From assembly GCA_002394305.1 (NCBI GenBank), contig DGTM01000011.1, positions 60,778 through 124,777 of the forward strand: a stretch of 64,000 nucleotides of DNA. The letters are read 5' to 3'. Positions 26,643 through 34,451 of this stretch are shown one piece after another; positions within the stretch are counted from its first letter, which is position 1; every line of letters begins with the position of its first letter. The stretch is from Prevotellaceae bacterium UBA4336 (GTDB lineage Bacteria; Bacteroidota; Bacteroidia; Bacteroidales; Bacteroidaceae). Position numbers and translations under genes: made by a program. Below the pieces are notes generated by a model. The model did not search any database. It had not been told where the DNA came from and was given only the letters and a program-made list of their open reading frames with translations.

Positions 26643-27374
26643 TCAGAACGCTACTTTCAGGCCGACGGTCATGCTGCTGAAGCTCGGGCCGCGGCTGCTC
26701 CTCAGCACGTTGAAGGGGTTGTACTTGTAGTAGATGCCGATGTGATGCACGTTGATTTCGGCCCCTACGCCGACGGAGAAACGGTTCTGGTGCACGTTGC
26801 CGCTGGTCAGTTTCTCCGACTCGCCGTTCACATAGTAGCGTGTCTTGAGCGAGCCGTAGGGCGTGAAGTACAGCTCGGGGCCGATGGCGAAGTAGGTTTT
26901 CTTGCTGAAGAAGTGGTAGTACTTGAGCGGGAAGGAGAGGCTGAAGGTGTGGATGCGGCTGAACTTGGGCTCTACACCTTCGGGATAGTCCTGCATCGTG
27001 ATGATGCCCAGCTCGTCCTTGGCGAATCGCTTGAAGTCGGTGACGCGGTAGTTGCGCCAGTCGAAGCCCATACCGATGCGCAGGAAGTCCTTCTTGCCGA
27101 TGCGGGTCTTTGCGCTGATGACGTCGCCCCATTCTATCTCGTAGGACTGCCCCATGTCGATGCTGACGTCCTTCGCCTGACCTATTCCGGTGATGAAGCC
27201 GAAGGAGAAGCTGCTGCTGAGTTCTATTACCACTTCCTTGCCGCTGCTCACCTTCAGCATGGGCAGCTCGAAGTCCCAGCCGCCGGGATTCTCTTCGTCG
27301 TTCTTGTCTCGGGCCAGCACGCTTGTCTGTCCCACCATTGCCAACACGAGGATGGCTGTAAGAAACTGTTTCAT
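26643..27374 (-). CDS. Outer-membrane beta-barrel protein (last gene of the ECF sigma operon)
   Basis: 243 aa with a signal peptide, an alternating beta-strand pattern and a C-terminal ...VGLKVAF. Confidence 0.6.
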   Translation of the reverse strand: MKQFLTAILVLAMVGQTSVLARDKNDEENPGGWDFELPMLKVSSGKEVVIELSSSFSFGFITGIGQAKDVSIDMGQSYEIEWGDVISAKTRIGKKDFLRIGMGFDWRNYRVTDFKRFAKDELGIITMQDYPEGVEPKFSRIHTFSLSFPLKYYHFFSKKTYFAIGPELYFTPYGSLKTRYYVNGESEKLTSGNVHQNRFSVGVGAEINVHHIGIYYKYNPFNVLRSSRGPSFSSMTVGLKVAF

Positions 27375-27393
27375 AGTCTGGATATGTGTGTGG

Positions 27394-27852
27394 TTATTTC
27401 TTCTTGAACGTCTTCCTCAGGTCGGCGAGGCTGGCTTTGCCCTCCATGTAGACGAGGGTGATGGTGTGCTCTGCCATGTTTGTCCGGCTCTGATAGCAGA
27501 TGTACCGGTGCAGGCCTTTCCTGATGTCGGCAATCTGCACGATGGCGTAGTAGAGGTGACCGTCGCGGTACTCCAGCTCCAGATTCTCGTCGTCGTCGGA
27601 GAGTCGCCCCTTCATGTCTTCCTCGAAGAGCGCCTCCACCCTGTCGCGCTGCGTGCTGCTGGTGGTGAACTTGACGGTGTGGAGCACCTTCAGCTTGTAG
27701 GGCTCGAGGCTCTCCCCCTTGACGAGGCTCTCCTGTAGGGCCAGTTCGTTGACGATGTTCCCCTTGAATACTTCGTCGATTCGTAGGCCCTTCTGTGCCG
27801 AGAGGGGCAGAGCGGCGACGATGGCGACGAGCGTTATGAGTAGCTGTTTCAT
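27394..27852 (-). CDS. Secreted hypothetical protein, in the position typical of DUF4252-type partners in Bacteroidetes ECF operons
   Basis: 152 aa with the signal peptide MKQLLITLVAIVAALPLSAQ. A 4-nt overlap links it to the anti-sigma gene. Confidence 0.4.
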   Translation of the reverse strand: MKQLLITLVAIVAALPLSAQKGLRIDEVFKGNIVNELALQESLVKGESLEPYKLKVLHTVKFTTSSTQRDRVEALFEEDMKGRLSDDDENLELEYRDGHLYYAIVQIADIRKGLHRYICYQSRTNMAEHTITLVYMEGKASLADLRKTFKKK

Positions 27853-28400
27853 AGTCCGTTGAATATGTTGCTGAGTTGTTCTTCCTGGTTTCCGTTGCTG
27901 AATATCTCCTGCAAGGCTTCCTGTCCCATCCGCATGGCCGCCTGCTTGTCGTCGAGTTTTTTGCCGTCGACATAGGCAACAGCCATGCTTTCCTCTTCCA
28001 GCCGAAGCGGTGCCAGCAGGATGAAGGCGAAGGCGGCAATGCAGGCTGCAGCGAGCAGGAGGCCAAGCCTGTGGGACCCTCTCCCAGCCTCTCCCTTGCA
28101 GGGAGAGGAGTAGTTACTTTTGTTCCCCGCTAAGCCTCCATTGGTATCTGCTCCTCTCCCAACAAGGGAGAGGTCGGGAGAGGGTCTGTCTGCCGCCAAC
28201 CTGTCAAGGGCTTGAACGGAAGGCGTTGGCTGCGTCTCGCCGAGCAGGGCAAACATCTGCGCGTAGGGCATCAGGTCGGCAGGCAGGCGGTCGGCGTGGC
28301 CCAGGTATTCGCCCAGCTGTTGCAGCTCTTCCTGCGTGCTCTCGCCGTCGAGGTAGCGGGTCAGGAGCAGGCGTATGTTTTCCGGTGTTACCTTATTCAT
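27849..28400 (-). CDS. Anti-sigma factor (single-pass membrane protein)
   Basis: 183 aa. The N-terminal LLLTRYLDGESTQEELQQLGEYL is an anti-sigma-like helix, and there is one TM segment (LGLLLAAACIAAFAFILLAPL). It lies immediately downstream of the ECF sigma gene. Confidence 0.6.
   Translation of the reverse strand: MNKVTPENIRLLLTRYLDGESTQEELQQLGEYLGHADRLPADLMPYAQMFALLGETQPTPSVQALDRLAADRPSPDLSLVGRGADTNGGLAGNKSNYSSPCKGEAGRGSHRLGLLLAAACIAAFAFILLAPLRLEEESMAVAYVDGKKLDDKQAAMRMGQEALQEIFSNGNQEEQLSNIFNGL
28072..28188. repeat. ~115-bp element with terminal inverted repeats (gaccctctccc ... gggagagggtc) and two internal CTCTCCC-N5-GGGAGAG hairpins, in frame in the anti-sigma gene
   Basis: The hairpins are cctctccc-ttgca-gggagagg (28089-28109) and ctctccc-aacaa-gggagag (28154-28172). 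The element encodes RPSPDLSLVGRGADTNGGLAGNKSNYSSPCKGEAGRGSH just before the TM helix. Confidence 0.65.
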
Positions 28401-28413
28401 GTTACTATGGCTT

Positions 28414-28914
28414 TTAGGTTTCGTTTCGTTTCATGAACTTCTCCAGGAGTTTCTTCCTGGCTTTCGAGAGGGCGGTGCGGACGGTGGTCTCGCTGATGCC
28501 GAGGAGTTCTGCTATCTCGCTGTTCTCCAGCCCGTCCTGCTGGCTCATCCGGAGTATCTGCATCTGTGCGGCAGGGAGCTCGCCGATGCGGTCCTCCAGC
28601 CACCGGGCATTTTCCTTCTCCTCGAGCATCCACTCCGAATCGTGTGCCGAGGCGAGCTTTATCTCCTCGTTCAGTTCTAAGGGGACGACCTTCCGCTTGC
28701 GGAGTTTGGAGATACACAGGTTGCGGCAGATGGCATACGTCAGTGCCCTGACGGAGCGGACGGCGTCGAGCTGGTGGCGGATGCTCCAGAGGCGCAGCAG
28801 TGTGTCCTGCACGTTGTCCTCCGCCTCGGCCTGGCTGCCCAGGAAGCGGCGGCTGACGGCCAGGATGTCGGCCCTCAGGTCACGTGCCAGTATGCAGAAC
28901 GCTTCTTTCTCCAT
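28414..28914 (-). CDS. ECF-type RNA polymerase sigma-70 factor
   Basis: The ATG at 28914 gives a 166-aa protein. Region 2 reads AEDNVQDTLLRLW. Region 4 reads LPAAQMQILRMSQQDGLENSEIAELLGISETTVRTALSKARKKL. The track ORF is over-extended upstream. Confidence 0.85.
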   Translation of the reverse strand: MEKEAFCILARDLRADILAVSRRFLGSQAEAEDNVQDTLLRLWSIRHQLDAVRSVRALTYAICRNLCISKLRKRKVVPLELNEEIKLASAHDSEWMLEEKENARWLEDRIGELPAAQMQILRMSQQDGLENSEIAELLGISETTVRTALSKARKKLLEKFMKRNET

Positions 28915-28940
28915 CGTGCTTCGTTGCTCTCTGTTATAAT

Positions 28941-28965
28941 GACGCAAAAGGGGCCGTTTTGTTCC
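28941..28965 (-). promoter_or_regulatory. ECF-type promoter (GGAAC-N16-CGTC) upstream of the sigma gene
   Basis: The minus strand reads GGGAACaaaacggccccttttgCGTCatt. The spacer is exactly 16 nt, and the site lies about 27 nt upstream of the ATG. This is consistent with autoregulation. Confidence 0.5.
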
Positions 28966-29014
28966 CGCTGATGCGAAAAAAAGTTTGTGCCATGCTCCGG
29001 CGGATAAAGGAAAA

Positions 29015-29052
29015 GCGGGCGAAGACCGACGGCCCGGCTGGTCTTCGCCCGC
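29015..29052 (-). terminator. Intrinsic terminator after the GH97 gene
   Basis: The minus strand reads gcgggcgaagacc-agccgggccgtc-ggtcttcgcccgc (13-bp stem), followed by ttttccttt. Confidence 0.75.
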
Positions 29053-29078
29053 TTGCTGATGTGTGGCAGGATGCTGTG

Positions 29079-31025
29079 TCAGAGGTCGATGCGTGCGCAC
29101 CAGCCGCCGTTGCGGACCATGTGGATGGGCTGGACGGTCGTGCTGCCTACCTTGCTCTCCTTGCGGAGGTAGTCCATGGCGATGATGTGTGCGTTCACGC
29201 CGTCCTCGAAGCTCGTCATCTTGTACTGCTTGCCTGCGGGCAGGAAGTCGAGCTTCAGCTCAATGTTGCGCTCGGTGCTGTTCGTGATGCCGCCGATGAA
29301 CCACTGGTTGCCTTTGCGCTTTGCCGTCACGCAGTACTGGCCGGCTTCGGCTGCGAGGACGCGTGTCTCGTCCCAGTTGACGGGCACGCTGGTGAGGAAG
29401 TCGCGGCAGTCGGGCCACTGGTCGTAGCGGCAGGGGTTGTCCATGAGCATCTGCAGGTTGCTCTCGGCAAGCACGAAGATGGCCAGGTTGAAGGCCTTTG
29501 TGCCCACGCCGGCGCAGATGGGACGGCCTCCGTGGTGGCGCTCCGGCTGGTAGTTGAGCATGGAGCCGGGCGTATAGTCCATCGGTCCGACGGCATTGCG
29601 TATGAAGGGCAGCCATACGCTGTTGTCGGGCTTGCAGCTCCCGTTGTACTCCATGCCGCGCACACCTTCGTAGGTCAGCACGTTGGGGTACTTGTAGTCC
29701 AGGCCGCTGGGGTGGAAGGCGCCGTGGAAGTCGACGAAGATATGGTGCTTGGCAGCTTCACGGGCCACGCGCTCGTAGAAGTTCACCATCCATTGGTCCT
29801 GACGGTCCATGAAGTCAATCTTCGTGCCCTTGATGCCCCACTCCTCAAACTTCTCGAAGAGGTCCATGTGGTGCTCTACGGTGAGCCACGGGAGCCAAAG
29901 GATGACGCCTACGCCTTTGCTCTTGCCGTAGGCGATGATTTCGGGCAGATGCACTTCGGGGTTGGTCTCGAAGGGGTTGCGTGTGTTTTTTGCCCAGCCT
30001 TCGTCGATGAGGATGTAGCCCACGCCGTTGCGGGCGGCGAAGTCGATGAAGTACTTGTAGGTGTCGAGGTTGATGCCCGACTTGAACGTCACCTCCGGGC
30101 CGAAGGGAATGCCGTTGAGCCAGTCCCAGCAGGTCTGTCCGACCTTAATCCAGCTGGGGTCGCCGATGGCGTTCGCGGGAGCCAGGCGGACAGGCATCGT
30201 GCTTTCGACGAGCTGGCCGTCTTGCTGCGTGATGAGCATGTAGCGCCAGGGGAAGGTGCGGGTGCCCGATGTCTTGGCTACGTACGGGGCCTCCTTCAGG
30301 ATCTTGTGCCTGCGGTCGCCGTCGTCCTCGTATTCGGTGGGGCACTTGGGCTGGATGATGGCGAAGGCGTTGCTGCCCTCGCCTGTTGACTTGAGGAACG
30401 TCCCGGGATAGTCGAACAGGTCGAACTCGCTGATGAGGACCTTCTGCCGCTCTCCCATCACGAGGATGGGCAGCTCGCTCATCTTGTCGTCGGCCTTCCA
30501 CTCGTTGCTTGCCACGACGGAGTAGTTCTCTTCGCAGCTTGTCTTGAAGGCGCCGGCCTGCTGCATCACGAGCTTGGCAGGCGAGGCGAGCTGCCAGGTG
30601 CCGTCCTCGCCCATCACCTCGATGTCGCCCTTCAGGGCTGTGACGAAGCGGTAGGCCACGCCGTCGTCGTAGATGCGCCACTCCAACTTGTAGCCTCCGC
30701 CGAAGGTGAGGGTGAGCAGGGTGTAGGTGTTGTCCACCTTGCTGAACTTCAGTGGATGGATGGGCGTGACGGTCTCGCTGACCTTCTGCACCTTTTTGCC
30801 CTTCAGGACGGGCTTCTCGCCGAGGGTGCGGTCGCTGAGGGTCATGCCGATGTGGCACTGCTTGAACAGCAGCTCGCCGTGGCTCTCTACGTCGTAGTAG
30901 ATGCGGTCGGCTGCGGTGACGGTCACTTTCGTCTGTCCGTCGGGACTCGTTGCGCTGACTTGTTTCTGTGCGTGTGCGACGATGCAGGAAAGCAGCATCA
31001 CCGCGATGGAAAAGGTTTTCTTCAT
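29079..31025 (-). CDS. GH97 glycoside hydrolase (SusB-like alpha-glucosidase / alpha-galactosidase)
   Basis: 648 aa with a signal peptide. The N-terminal SPDGQTKVTV...YYDV pattern, GVGYILIDEGW and overall length match GH97. Confidence 0.8.
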   Translation of the reverse strand: MKKTFSIAVMLLSCIVAHAQKQVSATSPDGQTKVTVTAADRIYYDVESHGELLFKQCHIGMTLSDRTLGEKPVLKGKKVQKVSETVTPIHPLKFSKVDNTYTLLTLTFGGGYKLEWRIYDDGVAYRFVTALKGDIEVMGEDGTWQLASPAKLVMQQAGAFKTSCEENYSVVASNEWKADDKMSELPILVMGERQKVLISEFDLFDYPGTFLKSTGEGSNAFAIIQPKCPTEYEDDGDRRHKILKEAPYVAKTSGTRTFPWRYMLITQQDGQLVESTMPVRLAPANAIGDPSWIKVGQTCWDWLNGIPFGPEVTFKSGINLDTYKYFIDFAARNGVGYILIDEGWAKNTRNPFETNPEVHLPEIIAYGKSKGVGVILWLPWLTVEHHMDLFEKFEEWGIKGTKIDFMDRQDQWMVNFYERVAREAAKHHIFVDFHGAFHPSGLDYKYPNVLTYEGVRGMEYNGSCKPDNSVWLPFIRNAVGPMDYTPGSMLNYQPERHHGGRPICAGVGTKAFNLAIFVLAESNLQMLMDNPCRYDQWPDCRDFLTSVPVNWDETRVLAAEAGQYCVTAKRKGNQWFIGGITNSTERNIELKLDFLPAGKQYKMTSFEDGVNAHIIAMDYLRKESKVGSTTVQPIHMVRNGGWCARIDL

Positions 31026-31075
31026 GGATGGAAAGTTGTTAGGGGCGCTTAGCTACCCGATGCTGCGAGGCGGGT

Positions 31076-31978
31076 TTACTTCGCAGAATCTTTTTCTATC
31101 TCCAGGAGCTCTACGGTAAAGATGAGGCAGGAGAAGGGTGGAATCTTGCTCTGCTCGCGGTCGCCATAGGCCAGGTTCTGCGGAACGTAGATTTCCCACT
31201 TGCTGCCTACGGGCATCATGCAGAGCGCCTCTGTCCAGCCCGCAATGACCTGCCCGACGGGGAAGGTGACGGGCTTGCCGCGCTTGTAGGAGCTGTCGAA
31301 CTCGGTGCCGTCGATGAGGTGGCCTTCGTAGTTCACCTTCACCTTGTCCTCCTTCTTGGGCATCTCGCCGGTGCCTGCGGTCAGTATCTTGTACTGCAGG
31401 CCGCTGGGAGTCACCTTCACGCTGTCCTTCTTGGCATTGGCCTTGAGGAACTCCTCTCCGGCGATGCGGTTGGCACCGTACTTCTTCTCCATTGCCACGC
31501 GATGGTAGTACTCCATCTGCTTCTTGACGATGGCCTGCGAGCTGTCCATGGGAACTGTGACGTTCTGGCCGGAGAAGCCGTCGAGGAAGCCTTGCACGAA
31601 GAGCGTTTTGTTCAGGATGTCGGTGCTGTCGTTCACTTGCTTTGAGGCATTGGGGTAGACCTGTTCCTCCACTTGCTGGCGGATTTCGATGCCGGCCAGA
31701 CGTGCTTTCTCGCGTTTGTCGGCCTCGCTGAGCTCCTTCTGCTGGAAGCCTTTCAGGAAGTCGACGACGTAGGTCGTGTCGACACCCATGCGCTGAGCCA
31801 GGTACATCTTCAGGCCGTTGGAGTTGGCGCGGCCGAAGTGATAGCTGAATGTGTCGACGCTTACCGTGTCGACCACCTCAACGGGCTGCTTGGATTTCTT
31901 CTTCTTGCCGTTCTTCTTGGCAGCACCTGCGCCCAGCGAGATGCAGGCGCAGAGTGCAAAGAGAATAAGTTTTTTCAT
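31076..31978 (-). CDS. FKBP-type peptidyl-prolyl cis-trans isomerase (FkpA/Mip-like, secreted), paralog 1
   Basis: 300 aa with a signal peptide. The C-terminal FKBP core reads VKVNYEGHLIDGTEFDSSYKRGKPVTFPVGQVIAGWTEAL..MPVGSKWEIYVPQNLAYG...IPPFSCLIFTVELLEI. Confidence 0.9.
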   Translation of the reverse strand: MKKLILFALCACISLGAGAAKKNGKKKKSKQPVEVVDTVSVDTFSYHFGRANSNGLKMYLAQRMGVDTTYVVDFLKGFQQKELSEADKREKARLAGIEIRQQVEEQVYPNASKQVNDSTDILNKTLFVQGFLDGFSGQNVTVPMDSSQAIVKKQMEYYHRVAMEKKYGANRIAGEEFLKANAKKDSVKVTPSGLQYKILTAGTGEMPKKEDKVKVNYEGHLIDGTEFDSSYKRGKPVTFPVGQVIAGWTEALCMMPVGSKWEIYVPQNLAYGDREQSKIPPFSCLIFTVELLEIEKDSAK

Positions 31979-32000
31979 CTTATTGACTTGTTGTGAAGAG

Positions 32001-32095
32001 TGGTTAGGAGTTAGGGGTTAGAGGATACTTGGGGCTCCGTAGAAGCGGCCACAGCATTCCTCTAACCTCTAACCACTAACCACTAACCTCTAACT
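32001..32095. repeat. Imperfect inverted repeat built from GGTTAG/CTAACC words, between two FKBP genes
   Basis: The left arm is tggttaggagttaggggttagagga and the right arm is tcctctaacctctaaccactaaccactaacctctaac, with about 33 nt between them. Confidence 0.75.
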
Positions 32096-32106
32096 TGTTT
32101 GTTCGA

Positions 32107-32973
32107 TTATTCGATGCCCAGCAGTTCAATCTTGAAGATGAGGCAGGAGTAGGGTGTAATCTTGCCGGCCTCGCGCTCGCCATAAGCCTGTTCCTGGGGG
32201 ATGTAGACCATCCATGTGGAGCCGACGGGCATCTTTGTCAGGGCCTTCGTCCAGCCGGGGATGACCTGGTTGCAACGGAACTTGGCGGGCTCGCCGCGCT
32301 TGTAGCTGCTGTCGAAGATAGTGTCGTTGAGGAGCTTGCCCTCGTAGTTGACGCTGACGCGACTGGTGTCGGCGGGGATGGCACCCTTACCTTCTGTGAT
32401 GACTTCGTAGTAGACGCCGTCGCCCAGCTCCTGGATGCCTTCCTTCTTGGCAACTTCGGCCATGTAGTCCTCGCACTGCTTCTTCCAGTCGCCGAACTTC
32501 TCAGCCATGAACTTCTCCTTTACTTCCTGCATCTTTGTCTGAGCCGTGGCAGCAGCCTCGTCGACGGTCATCAGGCCGTTCTTGCCTGTGGTGCCGGAGA
32601 TGAAGCCTGCCATGAAGTTCTTCAGGCTGATGGTGCGTGTGCTGTCGTCGCCGAAGACTTCGTAGTTGATGCCTTTGATCATCTGCTGGCTGACCTGCTG
32701 ACCAATCTGCAGACCTGCGTAGTAGGCGGCCTTCTTCTTGTTGTCGCCGGCATTGGCAGCCTCGTTCAGGCCTTTGATGAACTCGTCGATGTAGGTTGTG
32801 TCGACGCCCATGCGCTGGGTCAGGTATTCCTTCAGACCCTGTGTCTGAGCCAGACCGATAGCGTAGCTCAGGGTATCAACGTCGTCCTTCAGATTAGCTT
32901 TGGGAGTGCCGTTCGTGCAGCTTCCCATGATAGCAGCCAGTGCTACGGCTGCAAGGATTGAAAACTTCTTCAT
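32107..32973 (-). CDS. FKBP-type peptidyl-prolyl cis-trans isomerase, paralog 2 (lipoprotein-like)
   Basis: 288 aa. It has MKKFSILAAVALAAIMGSC and the FKBP core VSVNYEGKLLNDTIFDSSYKRGEPAKFRCNQVIPGWTKAL. Confidence 0.9.
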   Translation of the reverse strand: MKKFSILAAVALAAIMGSCTNGTPKANLKDDVDTLSYAIGLAQTQGLKEYLTQRMGVDTTYIDEFIKGLNEAANAGDNKKKAAYYAGLQIGQQVSQQMIKGINYEVFGDDSTRTISLKNFMAGFISGTTGKNGLMTVDEAAATAQTKMQEVKEKFMAEKFGDWKKQCEDYMAEVAKKEGIQELGDGVYYEVITEGKGAIPADTSRVSVNYEGKLLNDTIFDSSYKRGEPAKFRCNQVIPGWTKALTKMPVGSTWMVYIPQEQAYGEREAGKITPYSCLIFKIELLGIE

Positions 32974-33007
32974 GATGTTTTTTTGTTGTTTAATGTTATA
33001 TGATGTT

Positions 33008-33042
33008 TTACTTTTTCATCTTTTCACTTTTTCACCTTTTCT
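33008..33042. repeat. TTTTCAC word array
   Basis: The sequence ttactttttcatcttttcactttttcaccttttctc lies between FKBP paralogs 2 and 3. Confidence 0.7.
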
Positions 33043-33626
33043 CAAAGCACCTTGATGAGCTCTACGTCGAAGATGAGCGTGCTGAAGGGCGGAATGCTCG
33101 AGCCGGCACCCTGCTCGCCGTAGGCCAGCAGATAGGGGATGGTGAAGCGGAACTTGGCGCCTTCCTTCATGAGCTGCACGCCTTCCGTCCAGCCTGGGAT
33201 GACCTGGTTGAGGCCGAAGTCGGCGGGTGTGCCGCGGCGGTACGAGCTGTCGAAGACGCTGCCGTCGAGCAGACGGCCTTCGTAGTGGCAGCGCACGGTG
33301 TCGGTGGCCTTGGGGCTCTTGCCGCTTCCTTCGGTCAGCACCTCATACTGCAGGCCGCTCTTCGTCACGTTGACGCCTGGTTTCTTGGCATTCTCGTCCA
33401 GGTAAGCCTTGCCGGCTGCGATGGCCTGCTGTGCTTCCTGCTTCTGCTTCTTCTGGAAGAAGTCCTGCAGCATGGCCTGTGCTTCCTGGTGCGAGAAGGC
33501 GGGCTTGCGGCCCTCGATGACGTCGCTGACGCTTTTTGCGAAGTCCTCCACGCTGAAATTCTCTATGTTCATGCTTTTGAGCTGTTGGCCGATGCCAAGG
33601 CCGAGAGCATAACTTATTTTATCCAT
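33042..33626 (-). CDS. FKBP-type peptidyl-prolyl cis-trans isomerase, paralog 3 (no signal peptide)
   Basis: 194 aa with the FKBP core VRCHYEGRLLDGSVFDSSYRRGTPADFGLNQVIPGWTEGV. Confidence 0.9.
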   Translation of the reverse strand: MDKISYALGLGIGQQLKSMNIENFSVEDFAKSVSDVIEGRKPAFSHQEAQAMLQDFFQKKQKQEAQQAIAAGKAYLDENAKKPGVNVTKSGLQYEVLTEGSGKSPKATDTVRCHYEGRLLDGSVFDSSYRRGTPADFGLNQVIPGWTEGVQLMKEGAKFRFTIPYLLAYGEQGAGSSIPPFSTLIFDVELIKVL

Positions 33627-33658
33627 AATATATTAAGTATGTAATGTTAAATGCGCCG

Positions 33659-33666
33659 CAAAATTA
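33659..33666 (-). promoter_or_regulatory. -7 box (TAATTTTG) for FKBP paralog 3
   Basis: The reverse complement of caaaatta lies 33 nt upstream of the ATG at 33626. It is divergent from the cobB promoter. Confidence 0.45.
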
Positions 33667-33710
33667 ACATATTTTCTTCACACAACGCGCGTCCTCTCCT
33701 TTTTTTTTGC

Positions 33711-33718
33711 TATATTTG
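33711..33718 (+). promoter_or_regulatory. -7 box (TATATTTG) for cobB
   Basis: It lies 29 nt upstream of the ATG at 33747. Confidence 0.5.
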
Positions 33719-33746
33719 CATATCTTTAACATTAAAATGCCGAATT

Positions 33747-34442
33747 ATGAGAGTCGTTGTCTTGACAGGAGCGGGTATGAGTGCCGAAAGCGGCATTAGT
33801 ACTTTCCGCGACAATGGAGGTCTTTGGGAACAGTATAATGTGGAGGATGTGGCGACGCCCGAGGGCTGGGCACGCAATCCGAAGCTCGTGACGGAGTTCT
33901 ACAACGTGCGCCGGCGCCAACTGCTTGACGTGCAGCCTTGTCTGGGCCATAAGCTTGTGGCTGAGCTGGAGAAGCAGCACGAGGTGACGGTGGTGACGCA
34001 GAACGTCGACGACCTGCACGAGCGTGCCGGCAGCTCGTATGTCATCCACCTGCATGGCGAGCTGATGAAGGTGACGAGCAGCTTCTCGCCCAACGACCCG
34101 CGCTACATCAAGACGCTCAGCCCCGAGCATCTCGAGGTGAAGATGGGCGACTTGGCAGGCGACGGCAGTCAGCTTCGCCCCTTCATCGTTTGGTTCGGAG
34201 AGCCTGTGCCCGAGATAGACAAGGCGGTGGAGGAATGTGCCAAGGCCGACATGCTCATCGTCATCGGCACGAGCCTCAACGTCTATCCTGCTGCAGGTCT
34301 GACCCGTTGCGTCCAACCCGGCACTCCCATCTACCTTATCGATCCGAAGCCTGTCCAGTGGAACAGCGACGTGCCTGTCCATCACATCATGAAGGGCGCC
34401 AGCGAAGGCATGAAGGAACTGATGAATTTAATTGAACATTGA
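33747..34442 (+). CDS. cobB: NAD-dependent protein deacylase (Sir2/CobB family)
   Basis: The start is set at MRVVVLTGAGMSAESGISTFRD (canonical sirtuin N-terminus). QNVDDLHERAG and HLHGEL are present. The track start at 33651 adds 32 non-conserved residues. Confidence 0.85.
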   Translation: MRVVVLTGAGMSAESGISTFRDNGGLWEQYNVEDVATPEGWARNPKLVTEFYNVRRRQLLDVQPCLGHKLVAELEKQHEVTVVTQNVDDLHERAGSSYVIHLHGELMKVTSSFSPNDPRYIKTLSPEHLEVKMGDLAGDGSQLRPFIVWFGEPVPEIDKAVEECAKADMLIVIGTSLNVYPAAGLTRCVQPGTPIYLIDPKPVQWNSDVPVHHIMKGASEGMKELMNLIEH

Positions 34443-34451
34443 ATATTGAAG

